Positions 1 to 10,950 of a stretch of 64,000 nt of DNA are shown here, in pieces. The notes beneath the pieces were generated by a model, which saw nothing but the letters and a program-made list of their open reading frames with translations, was not told the origin of the DNA and ran no database searches. The position numbers and the translations under genes were made by a program. Within the stretch, counting starts at the first letter, position 1, and each line of letters starts with the position of its first letter. The DNA lies in IMG/VR virus record IMGVR_UViG_3300037601_000035. One strand, given 5' to 3'. The DNA comes from an uncultured virus (IMG/VR IMGVR_UViG_3300037601_000035). Its lineage: Duplodnaviria > Heunggongvirae > Uroviricota > Caudoviricetes.

Positions 1-27
1 TATATTTCTCAAGTAGGAAATGTAGAA

Positions 28-1233
28 TTGGATGGATCTGTAGACTCTGATGATCCCGTATCTATCATATTTGAACTTGTTAAAGAAGGTTCTATTTCTT
101 CTGAATCTTATTTAACTGCATTAATAAGTCTTTTTTCAAAAGTTCAAAATTCTCAAAACAAATCTTATAATCAAAAACATATATTGAAACAGGACGGAGT
201 AAATGCATTTAATAGATTTTTAAATATTCATGGTCAATTTAAAAATCAAAGTCTAAATGATATTTTAGAGACTGAAGTTGCACCTTTTATTTCAAATGAA
301 ACTGACTTGTGGGAACTTACAAATTTCATAGAAAATTCTTCAAAAATATTTTTAGAAAGCATTTTAGATTCTAGAATTTTTGTTCAAGGACAAAATCAAA
401 ATAAGAAGTTTAGTTATATGATTTATAATAAATATGACAGACTTTCTACTTTTGGCCAAACTGCTTTATCGGCATTTTCTAATACTGTAGCTTCTTTACA
501 TTATTTAAAATGGTATTTTGAATTAGGATATTCTAAATTATTTAATGAAGAAAAACAAGAAGACGTAGCTGTTAAAAAAGATACTAAAGAAGAAGATTCT
601 GTAGAAACTGCAGCTTCTATCAAATTAGATAATGTAGAAGGTATAGAAGATAATAAAAAAACGACAGCTGATAAAAAAGAAAAAATTAAACAACTTCAAA
701 ATGATATTTATATAGCTAATTATATTTTGAAGAATAAAAAAATACCAGAAGAAATTCCAAGTAAATTAAATGATGGAATAGTTGGTCCAGTAACTAAGGA
801 ACAGTTTGCTGAATTTAAAGAACTTGTTTCTGGTAATGAAGAAATTGTAAATTCTATTGACGTTGAACAAACAGATAGTTTTGGAGAATTTGAAAAAGCT
901 GTTGCTAAAAAGATAATAGATTCTTATAAGGAACAATCTTCAGCAGTAACTGGAATAACTTCTAATGATCCTAAGATAAATGACTTTTTAGGAATTGAAA
1001 ATAAATCTGTTTCTTCTAAATTTAGTGAATATATAATTAAAGATTTAATTAATACTTCTGATGAAGGAGAGCTTAGAATAAAGTTAACTAACCTTTATAA
1101 AACAGAATTTGGAAAACTTCCTGGAATAGATGAACTTGAAAAGGCAGTTAAATGGACAAATTCATTAAAAAATAAAAAAGGAAACGATGCATGGAAATAT
1201 AATAAAGATGCTCAAAATTCCAATTTATCATAG
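28..1233 (+). CDS. Hypothetical protein, probably the 3' part of a gene starting before the window
   Basis: Long ORF open at the window edge; no recognised motif. Confidence 0.6.
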   Translation: MDGSVDSDDPVSIIFELVKEGSISSESYLTALISLFSKVQNSQNKSYNQKHILKQDGVNAFNRFLNIHGQFKNQSLNDILETEVAPFISNETDLWELTNFIENSSKIFLESILDSRIFVQGQNQNKKFSYMIYNKYDRLSTFGQTALSAFSNTVASLHYLKWYFELGYSKLFNEEKQEDVAVKKDTKEEDSVETAASIKLDNVEGIEDNKKTTADKKEKIKQLQNDIYIANYILKNKKIPEEIPSKLNDGIVGPVTKEQFAEFKELVSGNEEIVNSIDVEQTDSFGEFEKAVAKKIIDSYKEQSSAVTGITSNDPKINDFLGIENKSVSSKFSEYIIKDLINTSDEGELRIKLTNLYKTEFGKLPGIDELEKAVKWTNSLKNKKGNDAWKYNKDAQNSNLS

Positions 1234-1322
1234 AAATTAAAATAAAAAATAACTTTTTTTAAATTTTAATATATAGTTTATAGAAAAAATTAATAATAGT
1301 AAATAACATTTACCCGGTAAAA

Positions 1323-3554
1323 ATGGCTGATAAAAAATCACAATATTCGCAAGAGATTTCAAAAATTAAAGCACTATATGGAAATAATCCATCTATCAAA
1401 TCTACTTGCTCTGTTTATGAATCTTTATTAAATACAGATAATTATAAAGATATCGATTCTTTAGTAGAAAACTTCTTAACTACAATTTCTGAAAATGTAG
1501 ATTCAGAAGATACTAAAAAGGCAATATTTAGACATTTTAAAACTCTTCAACTTTCTGATTTAGGATTAAATGAATCTTATGCTAAAGTAAAAACTAATTT
1601 TACTCAAGGCGATGATCCTTTATACAAATCAAAATTAGAAAGAATAGAAAAACTATTAGAGCATAAAGAAGATTATGCAAATATAGATTTGGTTTTAGAT
1701 ATTTATAAAGCTTTACCGGCAGAAGATGTTATTCTAGAACAAATTTCTTATTTAGAAGAAAACAAAAATAAATTTAGAGAAGATATTGAAGTAATCAATA
1801 TGGTTGATTATTTACAATCTTCTAATGAAGCTTCTAAATATAAGCAAACATACAAAAAATGTGCTGAGTCTTTAAAAGAATATTTAGAAAACCCGTCTCC
1901 TCAATCAAGATTAAATACTTTAGAGTGCTTAAGAGAAATTAGTCATGATTCAGAAGTGAGTACGTTTTTAAATTACTTTACTAGTCTAAACTTTAAAGAT
2001 GATGAATATGCCAGCAATAGAGATTTTACCGGATCTATGGCATCTACTAGAGTTTACGATGGTGGATTTATGGAAAAATGGATTACTGGAAAAGAAAGTG
2101 CAGGCCTTGGAGAAGTAGTTGTTGAGGCTATTAAAGAAGCTGATCAATTATCAAAATCTGTAAATGAAAGAAATGTAATCAAATTATTAATTGAAAGATT
2201 ATCTTCTATTGAATTAAATTCAGTAGAAAGTAAATTGTTAGAAAAATTACAATCGTCTTATAAGACAATCGATCTTGGGCTTTCAGACGCTATTAAAGAT
2301 TTAAGAGAATCTGCTGTAGTATCACAAACATCTAAATTTAAGCAAATAGACAATTTTGTAATGTCTAATATAGATTCAGGTGTTTCTGATAGAAAAATAG
2401 TAAATGAAGCCTTTAATCAATTATCGCAACTGAACTATGACAGTTCGGTTGCAGACGTGTTGAAGAGAATTCAAGATAATTTTGAAGAATCTAAATCTAG
2501 AATATTAGTTGAAGAAGCTTTAGATTATATTGAAGGTAATAATGTTTTAGGAATTAATAATTCATTAAAAAATGATTTATTAGAATATCTTGAAACAAAT
2601 GATCCTAAAAAACAACACAGTATAGTTGAAAAATACAGTGCTACTGTTTCAGATGTAAATTTAAGAAACTTTTTAACTTCTTGGGCAGGAGTAAAACATA
2701 ATGGAATCGTAAATACTAATCCTAAAGATTTTAATGTTAAAGAAGTTTATTCAATTCATGAAACTGTTAATGGAGAAGATCATTTTACAGTAAATGGCAA
2801 TTATTTAATTAAAAAGAAAAATGAATTAAGAGTAGTATCTGAAAAAGAAATTTCTGAAAATGTTAAAAAATATACTCAATTATTAGAAGAATTTAATTTT
2901 ATAATTACTTCTCCTGATACTTTGAAAGGATATATTTTTAAAGATAGATTAGAAATTAAATTTAATTCGGTAACTAATGAAGCTTCTTTATTTATAAACG
3001 ATCATAAATTTGAATCTTCAAATCTTACAGCATTACAATATGTTACTGAAAATCAAGGATATGGAGAGCAGTTCAAAAAAGTTATGGATTTATATGAAAA
3101 TATTCATTTATTAACTGAAATGGAATTTGCTAAAACGATTGAATATAGAAAAAATCCAAAAATAAAAGCTACTTTATTTAACATTGACGAAACTTATACT
3201 ATTAATTTTATAAATGAAACTCAAGGATTAAATAAATTCTCAAAAACTTCTAGATATTCTACATTACAGAATTGTTTATTAGAATATATGGATTTTGATA
3301 TTTCTTCTTCATTTGTAAATGAATTAAAGATAGAAAAATCTAGAATAGATAATTTAAAGGCTGAAGCATTTAAGAAACATGAACAAATTCAAGAATCAGA
3401 AGAAAAATTAGAAGAAATTAGAAATGTAATTTTAAATACTCCAGAATTTAAAGAAAAAGGAGAAGCTGTTTTAGAAGAGTTTACGACAGGATTAGAAGAA
3501 TTAAAAAAATCTTATAGAAAAGATTTAGATATTATTAAAGATCTAGAATCATAA
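1323..3554 (+). CDS. Large helical/coiled-coil protein, probably virion or head-assembly related
   Basis: 743 aa ORF after the AATATATA motif at 1268-1275, next to head genes. Confidence 0.5.
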   Translation: MADKKSQYSQEISKIKALYGNNPSIKSTCSVYESLLNTDNYKDIDSLVENFLTTISENVDSEDTKKAIFRHFKTLQLSDLGLNESYAKVKTNFTQGDDPLYKSKLERIEKLLEHKEDYANIDLVLDIYKALPAEDVILEQISYLEENKNKFREDIEVINMVDYLQSSNEASKYKQTYKKCAESLKEYLENPSPQSRLNTLECLREISHDSEVSTFLNYFTSLNFKDDEYASNRDFTGSMASTRVYDGGFMEKWITGKESAGLGEVVVEAIKEADQLSKSVNERNVIKLLIERLSSIELNSVESKLLEKLQSSYKTIDLGLSDAIKDLRESAVVSQTSKFKQIDNFVMSNIDSGVSDRKIVNEAFNQLSQLNYDSSVADVLKRIQDNFEESKSRILVEEALDYIEGNNVLGINNSLKNDLLEYLETNDPKKQHSIVEKYSATVSDVNLRNFLTSWAGVKHNGIVNTNPKDFNVKEVYSIHETVNGEDHFTVNGNYLIKKKNELRVVSEKEISENVKKYTQLLEEFNFIITSPDTLKGYIFKDRLEIKFNSVTNEASLFINDHKFESSNLTALQYVTENQGYGEQFKKVMDLYENIHLLTEMEFAKTIEYRKNPKIKATLFNIDETYTINFINETQGLNKFSKTSRYSTLQNCLLEYMDFDISSSFVNELKIEKSRIDNLKAEAFKKHEQIQESEEKLEEIRNVILNTPEFKEKGEAVLEEFTTGLEELKKSYRKDLDIIKDLES

Positions 3555-3555
3555 A

Positions 3556-3951
3556 TTGATAGAATCTTACAACCAATATATTAATAAGAAAAGATTCCTT
3601 ATTGAAGGAGTCTTTTCTGATTTTATAAAGAAAAAATCTTTAGATACTTCTTTAAAAAAATTAAAGAAAGTATGTAAAGAAAATAATAAGTATTTGCCGT
3701 TAGCTGAATATACATTTAATACGGACGAATATAGAGATTCTAGAAAATCTTTTAGTTCATTACCTAAGAATAAAATATCTAATTTTTTAAATAGAAAGAA
3801 GCTTTTATATTTTCCAGAATTTGATAGTTTTTATGTTCTAGAAGATTATAAAAAAGAATTAAAAGATGAAAATTTAAAATTTTTATCTAGAAGAAATGTA
3901 GAAAAAAATAGTTTAACCCTTCAGGAAATTATAGAAAGATTTTTTCCATAA
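3556..3951 (+). CDS. Hypothetical protein with capsid-targeting-like N-terminus
   Basis: Starts IESYNQY...LIE. Confidence 0.5.
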   Translation: MIESYNQYINKKRFLIEGVFSDFIKKKSLDTSLKKLKKVCKENNKYLPLAEYTFNTDEYRDSRKSFSSLPKNKISNFLNRKKLLYFPEFDSFYVLEDYKKELKDENLKFLSRRNVEKNSLTLQEIIERFFP

Positions 3952-4005
3952 GTTTAAAAAACTTTATTTTTTCTGCTTGATATTATTAAAAAAATAAAGT
4001 TTATT

Positions 4006-4416
4006 ATGGAAGAAAATAACACACCAAAGAAAAAACCAGTAAAGAAAAAGCGTACTAGAATGAGCAAAACAAATAGGCTCTATGTAAACAATAAAGCTTT
4101 TTATGCTGAAATGATCAAAAGCAAAGAACAAGATGAACTTACTCCTGCTGCAGTTGAGATGATGACAAAAATTGCAGAAAGAGCAATTAATAATCTTGGT
4201 TACAAATACGAAGAAGATAGAGAAGATGGAATTGCTACAGCAATTTATAAATGTCTTTTATATTGGAGAACATTTAATCCTGAAAAATCTAATAATCCTT
4301 TTTCTTATTTTACTCAAGCATGTAAAAATGCTTATGTGGAGTCTTTTCATAAATTGAGACCTTTAAAGAGTGCAGAAGTTATTTCATTATCAAATGAACA
4401 AATAAATCTTTTTTAA
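4006..4416 (+). CDS. gp55: T4 gp55-like late-transcription sigma factor
   Basis: YVNNKAFY and FNPEKSNNPFSYFTQ motifs typical of gp55. Confidence 0.85.
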   Translation: MEENNTPKKKPVKKKRTRMSKTNRLYVNNKAFYAEMIKSKEQDELTPAAVEMMTKIAERAINNLGYKYEEDREDGIATAIYKCLLYWRTFNPEKSNNPFSYFTQACKNAYVESFHKLRPLKSAEVISLSNEQINLF

Positions 4417-4419
4417 AGA

Positions 4420-4929
4420 ATGTCAATTAAAAACAATAGACCTAATAGAAGAGCAAGGACTAGACAAGGATATTATAAACCTCTTAATCCGATGAAGTAT
4501 AAAGGAGACCCTTCTAAGATAATTTTTAGATCTTCTTGGGAAAAGATGTATATGAGATATTGTGATTTATCTCCTTCTATTGTTGAATGGTCTTCTGAGT
4601 CAATTGCAATTCCTTATATTTCACCCTTAGATCCCATTGAAAGAAATAAACCTAGAAAATATTATGTAGATTTTCAAGTAGTAGAAAAACAAGAAGACGG
4701 AACATTAAAAAAATTTTTAGTTGAAGTTAAACCAAAAAAAGACTATTTAGAAAAACCTGTTTTAGAGGGAAGAAAAACTCCTAAGAAAATAAAAAATTAT
4801 AAAAAAGCAGCAGAAACATGGATCGTTAATCAAGCAAAATTTAGTGCAGCAAGACAATATGCTCAAATGTTTAATATGGAATTTAAGATAGTTAATGAAG
4901 ATACTTTAGGTCTATCTGGTAAAAAATAG
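4420..4929 (+). CDS. gp4: T4 gp4-like head completion nuclease (TnsA-like)
   Basis: NPMKYKGD, FRSSWE, WSSE..IPY.SP, YYVDF, LVEVKP, NQAKF motifs. Confidence 0.9.
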   Translation: MSIKNNRPNRRARTRQGYYKPLNPMKYKGDPSKIIFRSSWEKMYMRYCDLSPSIVEWSSESIAIPYISPLDPIERNKPRKYYVDFQVVEKQEDGTLKKFLVEVKPKKDYLEKPVLEGRKTPKKIKNYKKAAETWIVNQAKFSAARQYAQMFNMEFKIVNEDTLGLSGKK

Positions 4930-4963
4930 AAATATATAGGTTATAAAGGTTTAAAAAATTCTT

Positions 4964-5995
4964 ATGAAAAAATATAGTGACAAAAAGTTTGAAGAATCTA
5001 TAAAAGATTTAAAAATAGAAATAGTAAATGAAAATCTATTAACAGATTTTTTAAAGGTAGCAAAAAAGAAATTTTTCGATAAGAATATTTTTATATCTAC
5101 TGAAATTGCAAATGAAGCAAAGAAAGTATTTTCTGAAACTTTTATTTCGTCATTTGAAAAAGAATTAAAATTTAAAAAATTTAGACTTTCAAATATTATT
5201 TATAGCCCTTCTGATGTTATTAAAACAGTTCAAGTTAAATTATTTGAAAAACTAGAATATGAATATGAACATCCCGGAAGTTCTTCTCAATTATTTTCAT
5301 TTACTGAAGAAGGAGAAGATTATCAAAAAAATACTTCTTTATTAGCTGAATGTTATAAAATAGTAAATGAAATTGAAAATTGGATTAAAGATAATCTTGA
5401 TTTAGTTTTATCTGAAACTTACCAATTAAATTCAGTAAATATGAAAAGCGAAGCAACACAGAGATTTGTTAAAAGCTTCAAAGGAATATTTTTAGAAATT
5501 TTTGCATCTACTGAAGATAGTTTTAGAAAAAATTTAAATTTATCATTAGACGATTTTTCTAAAAGAAGTGAATTTACTCATTTAGCTTATAAGGTAATTA
5601 AAGAATTAAAAAAGATAACTAAGAAAAGTCCTCAGCCTTTAGACATTCCTAATATGTATGTTAATGATGATTTATATGTTGTTGATGATAGTCCTACTGA
5701 AATTACAGATGATCAAGCAGAAGAGTTAGTTCACACGTTAAAAGAAAGCGATATTTATGCGCTATTAAAATTATATTCTAAGAAATATAGACAATTTATT
5801 CCTCCTAGAGAAATTGCTAATTATGCAGATATTATTAAATATTCTTATAAAGAAGCTATTATAAGAAACAAAAGTTTAAAACGTCCTAATAAAAATCAAG
5901 TAGTTGAAATAATGAAAGAATATTTAGATTCTTTAGGATTTGAAAAAAATGTAGAACCTCCTAAACCTGCAGGAACAGAAAAAGAAGCTTCTTAA
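4964..5995 (+). CDS. Hypothetical protein
   Basis: 343 aa ORF after AATATATA at 4931-4938. Confidence 0.6.
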   Translation: MKKYSDKKFEESIKDLKIEIVNENLLTDFLKVAKKKFFDKNIFISTEIANEAKKVFSETFISSFEKELKFKKFRLSNIIYSPSDVIKTVQVKLFEKLEYEYEHPGSSSQLFSFTEEGEDYQKNTSLLAECYKIVNEIENWIKDNLDLVLSETYQLNSVNMKSEATQRFVKSFKGIFLEIFASTEDSFRKNLNLSLDDFSKRSEFTHLAYKVIKELKKITKKSPQPLDIPNMYVNDDLYVVDDSPTEITDDQAEELVHTLKESDIYALLKLYSKKYRQFIPPREIANYADIIKYSYKEAIIRNKSLKRPNKNQVVEIMKEYLDSLGFEKNVEPPKPAGTEKEAS

Positions 5996-6651
5996 TGTAT
6001 TTAGAAAGAGACATAGAAGAAATTTTAAAATACCCTTCTGGTAATTTCGATTATCCAGATTCTGGATGGGAAGAGCATTTAAACTACTTATATTCTAGTA
6101 GAGAAAGAATAGGTGAATTAGAAAGAACAAATGAAGTTATAAGTAAATCTAAACTTTCGATGGGAAGGTTTTATGAAAATCGTTTTTATATTTTTAATTA
6201 TCAATATAAGAACGATAATAAGTTAAGAAAATTTATTGATATTAGACCTTTAGTTTTTGTAATCGATGAATTTTATGAAAAAGATAATAGAGAAATTGTA
6301 AAAGGAATAAATTTTAATTTCTTACCGAAAAAGGCAAGGATGATATTTCTTCAATTATATTTTAAACTGTTTTTTAGCAAACATGAAACAGATGTAAATA
6401 ATTTTGAAAGAGATGAATTAATATTATATCCTTATAGTAGAAAGGAAAGAGTTTTCTTTTTAAAAGAAATAGAAAGATTATATCCTTTATTGTTTAATGC
6501 TATTAGATATTGGGATAGATCAAGGATAATATATAATTCAGTAGATTTTATACGTCCTCAAGATTATAATATTCTTTTTGAATATACTGGATACGAAAAA
6601 AGTATTAAAGGAAAATCTTGGAAAGAAGTTCAATCTAAAATATTTAATTAA
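5995..6651 (+). CDS. gp2: T4 gp2-like DNA end protector
   Basis: DIRPLVFVID...GINFNFLP..AR pattern; position between gp4 and portal. Confidence 0.6.
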   Translation: MYLERDIEEILKYPSGNFDYPDSGWEEHLNYLYSSRERIGELERTNEVISKSKLSMGRFYENRFYIFNYQYKNDNKLRKFIDIRPLVFVIDEFYEKDNREIVKGINFNFLPKKARMIFLQLYFKLFFSKHETDVNNFERDELILYPYSRKERVFFLKEIERLYPLLFNAIRYWDRSRIIYNSVDFIRPQDYNILFEYTGYEKSIKGKSWKEVQSKIFN

Positions 6652-6666
6652 TAATTATTTTTATAT

Positions 6667-8409
6667 ATGAGTGGTTTTTTAGATAGAGAAAGTGATAATT
6701 TATTTAATAGAGGCTTACGTCAATTAACAGGTCCTATTCGTAAATTAATGCGACTTGGACAAGAGTACGATGACCTGATTTTAAAAAATAAAATTGGTTT
6801 AGGAACTCATGAAACTACTTTAAGAAGATCTGGTACAGGTGATGACCAAGATTTTTGGATAGCAAATCAATATGACATTAATCCGTCGAGAAATAAAACA
6901 ATTGGTTTTTTCCAGAAGGATTACGAATCTCAAAGAAATTTTCTTAGAAAAATGTCATCTCATAGAGAAATTTCTAAATTTGTTGATATTATAGCTGATG
7001 AGTCTATAGTATTTGATAAGAATGGATATTTCTGTCAACCTAATGCTTCAATGCTTGAAGATTTTAGCGAAGAAAAAATTGAAGAAATAAAAGAAAAGTT
7101 ACAAGAGAATTTTGAGTTTATTTATTCTGTAGTATTTGATTTTAGAGATACTAAAGGCGCATGGAGATTTTTTAGAGATTATTTAATAGAAGGAATTTTA
7201 GCTTTTGAGTTAGTTTTTGATTATACTGGAAAACAAATAATTAAAGCAATTCCTTTAGATGCTGCCAGACTTAAACCTGATGTTCAAATAGTAGATGGAC
7301 AAAGAGTAACTGGGTGGGTTCAAAATCCAGGAGAAGCGGGATTGGAAAGGTTTCTTCCAGATACTCATGTAATTTATATTTCTTATGGAAAATCAGTAGC
7401 ATCAACAGAAATTTCTTATGTTCAATCTTTAATAAGAAGTTTTAATCTTTATAGAACAATTGAAAATACTGCTTCTATATGGACAATAATGAATTCTTCT
7501 TTTAGATTAAAAATGGTAATTCCTACTGCGGGTTCTGGTAAAAGAGGCCAGCAAACTGTAGGAAAAATGGTTGCTAAGTTTAAAGAAGATGTTCAAATAG
7601 ATGATGAATCTGGGGAAGTAACTGTAGATGGACAAGCAGCTTTAAATTTATTTAGAAATTATGCAATAGCTTCAAAGGATGGACAACAAACAACTATTGA
7701 ATCTATGAAGTTTGAGGGTTATGATATGTCTAACCCTGAAATGTTAAAGTATTGGAGAGATAAATTATGGGAAGATTCTCAAATTCCTTTCTCTAGATTA
7801 CAAAAAGATGCTTCTCCTACATTTTTATCTAGTGTAGATGGATTTGAAAGAGAAGAAATGAGATTTGGTAAATTTATATCTCGTTTGCGTTCAGATTTTC
7901 AAGAAGTTATTTCAAAAGCACTATACACACAGATGTATTTAGATTTTCCTGATTTAGAAGGAGATTACTTTAAATCTAAAATAGGAATAATCTTTAATAA
8001 AGAAAATATTTTTGAAGAACAAAGAGAAAGAGAAAACATGCTCAAATCTTTGGACTTTATTAAAGGTATGAGAGATTTTGTGGGAGATGACGATAAACCT
8101 TATTGGGATATTGATTTCTTAATGGAAGAATTCGGGTCATTTAGTTTAGATGTTCTTCAAGGAAATAAAAAGAAAAAAGAAGAAAAGGCTAAAAAATCTG
8201 ATAATAAAGAATCTGCTGGAGAAGAAACACAATCAGATCCTAATGCATTAGATATGGGAACTGATGTTGATAATATTTTAGGTGACTTTTCAACAGATAC
8301 TGGTCCAATAGAATCTGAAGGAGATTTAGATATTGATTTAGGAACAGATACTGGAGCACCTCCTACTGATACAGGTGACGATACTTTAGATCTAGATTTA
8401 GACTTATAA
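6667..8409 (+). CDS. gp20: Portal protein (T4 gp20-like) with acidic tail
   Basis: IDII.DESIV, QIPFSRL, REEMRFGKFISRLR motifs. Confidence 0.9.
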   Translation: MSGFLDRESDNLFNRGLRQLTGPIRKLMRLGQEYDDLILKNKIGLGTHETTLRRSGTGDDQDFWIANQYDINPSRNKTIGFFQKDYESQRNFLRKMSSHREISKFVDIIADESIVFDKNGYFCQPNASMLEDFSEEKIEEIKEKLQENFEFIYSVVFDFRDTKGAWRFFRDYLIEGILAFELVFDYTGKQIIKAIPLDAARLKPDVQIVDGQRVTGWVQNPGEAGLERFLPDTHVIYISYGKSVASTEISYVQSLIRSFNLYRTIENTASIWTIMNSSFRLKMVIPTAGSGKRGQQTVGKMVAKFKEDVQIDDESGEVTVDGQAALNLFRNYAIASKDGQQTTIESMKFEGYDMSNPEMLKYWRDKLWEDSQIPFSRLQKDASPTFLSSVDGFEREEMRFGKFISRLRSDFQEVISKALYTQMYLDFPDLEGDYFKSKIGIIFNKENIFEEQRERENMLKSLDFIKGMRDFVGDDDKPYWDIDFLMEEFGSFSLDVLQGNKKKKEEKAKKSDNKESAGEETQSDPNALDMGTDVDNILGDFSTDTGPIESEGDLDIDLGTDTGAPPTDTGDDTLDLDLDL

Positions 8410-8440
8410 AAATATATAATTTAAAAAAGAAAAGTAAACT

Positions 8441-9994
8441 ATGAAAAGTTATAAAAGAAAACATGTTCCTTTATTTGAAAAATGGGTACAGCAATTCAAT
8501 CAAGAAGAATCTATTAATGAAGCCTTTAAAGATAAAGATTTAAATAAAGTATTAGATCTTGTACAATCTTATCTAACTAAAAAAATAGGATTTGTTTCTT
8601 ACGGTCAAAGAATAGAAAATATTAAACAAAACGGAACTGAAGAATTATTTGGTATTCGTTTTTTAACAAACGATCCTGCATTTTTTAGATTAAATTGGAA
8701 ACAGAATCCAGAAAGAAATTCTTCTGAAATAGTATCAGTAGATTTTTGGATAGATGATTTACCGTTAGATGGAACTCCGGAATTTAAGTTAGTAACTAAA
8801 GGAGCTAATATTGTTCAAATTTTAGCAAAGATAGTAAATATCTTAAAAGAAAAAAGACAAACAGATAATGAAGAAGATTATTTAGATTCTTTATTAGATA
8901 TTTTAGAATCAGAAGACGAAGAAATAGAACCTATAACAGAAGGAGTAGGAAACTTTACAGATGAAGAAAGAGTTGAATTTACTTTACTAAAAGATAAAGC
9001 TAGGGGAAAAAAGAAAGATACTATGAATGTTGAAGATAAGAAAAGACTTTCTTATCTTTGGTTAGTTTTTCAAGGATTTAGAGATGTAGGAGATGAAACT
9101 TTTGATTTTGAACAAGTAAATGAAGAAGAGAACATAGACCCTGAAGAATTGAGAATGAGAGAAGAATTTGAAAAGAAATTATCTGAAGAAATAGATATTC
9201 AAACAAAATTCAAGGATATGAAAATTATTCTTTCTTCTTTAGCAAAAGGAATATACAATTCATTTATTATTACTGGTACAGCAGGTATTGGTAAAACTTA
9301 TACTGTTATAGAGACTATGAAAAATTTAGGTCTTGAGGAAGGAGTAGATTGGGTATTAAACAAAGGTACTGCTTCTCCAATTGGTATGTATAAAGAATTC
9401 TATAAATATAGAGATGACGTTGTTATCGTATTTGATGATTGTGATTCTGTATTTAGAGATGAAAACGGTATTAATGTTTTAAAAGGAGCTTTAGATTCTA
9501 GTGAAATAAGAAAAGTTTCTTGGAAAACTGGAACTACATTTGATCCAGAAAATAAGACTCCACAAGAAATTGAAAAACTTGTAGATAGAGGAAAGGTTCC
9601 AAATAATTTTGAATTAACTTCAAGATGTTTATTTATTACAAATTTAAAACAAGATGAGCTTTTAAATAATGATAAATTAGCAGCATTACTATCTAGATCA
9701 ATGTTTATGGATATGACCTTTAGTGAAGAAGAAATTATTGATAGAATAAGAGAAGTAATGCCTCACATGCACATTTTCGGTATTAATGACGAAACAAAAT
9801 TAGAAATGTTAGAATTAATGGAAAGAGCAGCCGCTACAGGAAAGTTTAAAAAAGAAATTAATTTAAGAACATTTGAACAGATGTGTAAAACAAAAGTTTC
9901 TTTAGATTTATTTGAAACTTCTTCTGAAGCAGCAGGAGAACCTGTTAAATTTTCAGAAGATGATTTAATTAGAATGGCTGTAACTTATAGCTAA
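8441..9994 (+). CDS. AAA+ ATPase with N-terminal extension and capsid-targeting-like leader
   Basis: Walker A GTAGIGKT, Walker B VIVFDDCD, NVLKGALDS, ALLSR; leader KHVPLFEKW...INE. Confidence 0.8.
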   Translation: MKSYKRKHVPLFEKWVQQFNQEESINEAFKDKDLNKVLDLVQSYLTKKIGFVSYGQRIENIKQNGTEELFGIRFLTNDPAFFRLNWKQNPERNSSEIVSVDFWIDDLPLDGTPEFKLVTKGANIVQILAKIVNILKEKRQTDNEEDYLDSLLDILESEDEEIEPITEGVGNFTDEERVEFTLLKDKARGKKKDTMNVEDKKRLSYLWLVFQGFRDVGDETFDFEQVNEEENIDPEELRMREEFEKKLSEEIDIQTKFKDMKIILSSLAKGIYNSFIITGTAGIGKTYTVIETMKNLGLEEGVDWVLNKGTASPIGMYKEFYKYRDDVVIVFDDCDSVFRDENGINVLKGALDSSEIRKVSWKTGTTFDPENKTPQEIEKLVDRGKVPNNFELTSRCLFITNLKQDELLNNDKLAALLSRSMFMDMTFSEEEIIDRIREVMPHMHIFGINDETKLEMLELMERAAATGKFKKEINLRTFEQMCKTKVSLDLFETSSEAAGEPVKFSEDDLIRMAVTYS

Positions 9995-10129
9995 AATTTT
10001 CATATAATATAATTATATTTTATTTAAAAGGTGTTCTTTGGAACATCTTTTTTATTTTTTGTAAAAAATGTTTCTTTCTTTTACTTTTTAGTATTATATT
10101 GAGACATCATTTTTCTTAATGTAGTTAAA

Positions 10130-10945
10130 ATGGGGATTATTAACTATATTAGTTCATTTTTAATTTTAGAGGTACGCATGAGTCACATAGTAGATTTACA
10201 AGAAGTCACTATAAAATTTAGAGATAATTACTTATTACTAGCAGCAGAAAAAGGAAAACCTGATGAAACACGATGCAAAGCACTAATCAATAAATATCAA
10301 TTACTTACATCAAAATACTTTAATATTATTTATAGTACTTTAAATATTAGTATTCTTTCTAGAATTTCTAAAATAATAAAAGGTAAAAATTTTATTCCTA
10401 TAGTGACGTATGAACTTACTATGGAAGCTCATCAAGATGCTTTTTTAAATTTTTATAGAAATATAGAAAAATTTGATCCTAATAGAACAATGACAACATG
10501 GCTATATAGAATAGCAGATAATGAAGCATTAAAGGTTCTTTATAGAGAAACTATTCGTAAAAAAGAAACTTCATTTACTTCTTTATATTATTCAGAAGAA
10601 AATGATGAAGAATATGGAACAAGAGAAATAATTTCTAATAATGAAAACAGTGAAGCGCATTTTAGTAAAATATATGAAAATTCTGTAGATGAAGTAATTA
10701 TTTCAGGTGATGAATTGTTAGATGAAAAATATCAGCTTGCTTTGGAATGTATAGAAGAACTTCCATCAGATAGAAAAACTATTATTGTAGATAAATATAT
10801 TAATAACATTAAACAAGTAGATTTAGAAAAATATTATGGACTTAATCTAAATACTATTAAAAGTAGAGATAGAAAAGCAAAAAGAGATTTAAACTATCTT
10901 TATCAAAAAAGAGTCCAAAGAATATATGAAGAAAACAGTTATTAA
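10130..10945 (+). CDS. ECF-type sigma-70 family factor (true start may be M18)
   Basis: Region 2 QDAFLNFYRNIEKFD..TWLYRIA.N; region 4 LP..RK...GLNLNTIKSR..KAK. Confidence 0.85.
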   Translation: MGIINYISSFLILEVRMSHIVDLQEVTIKFRDNYLLLAAEKGKPDETRCKALINKYQLLTSKYFNIIYSTLNISILSRISKIIKGKNFIPIVTYELTMEAHQDAFLNFYRNIEKFDPNRTMTTWLYRIADNEALKVLYRETIRKKETSFTSLYYSEENDEEYGTREIISNNENSEAHFSKIYENSVDEVIISGDELLDEKYQLALECIEELPSDRKTIIVDKYINNIKQVDLEKYYGLNLNTIKSRDRKAKRDLNYLYQKRVQRIYEENSY

Positions 10946-10950
10946 TTATT

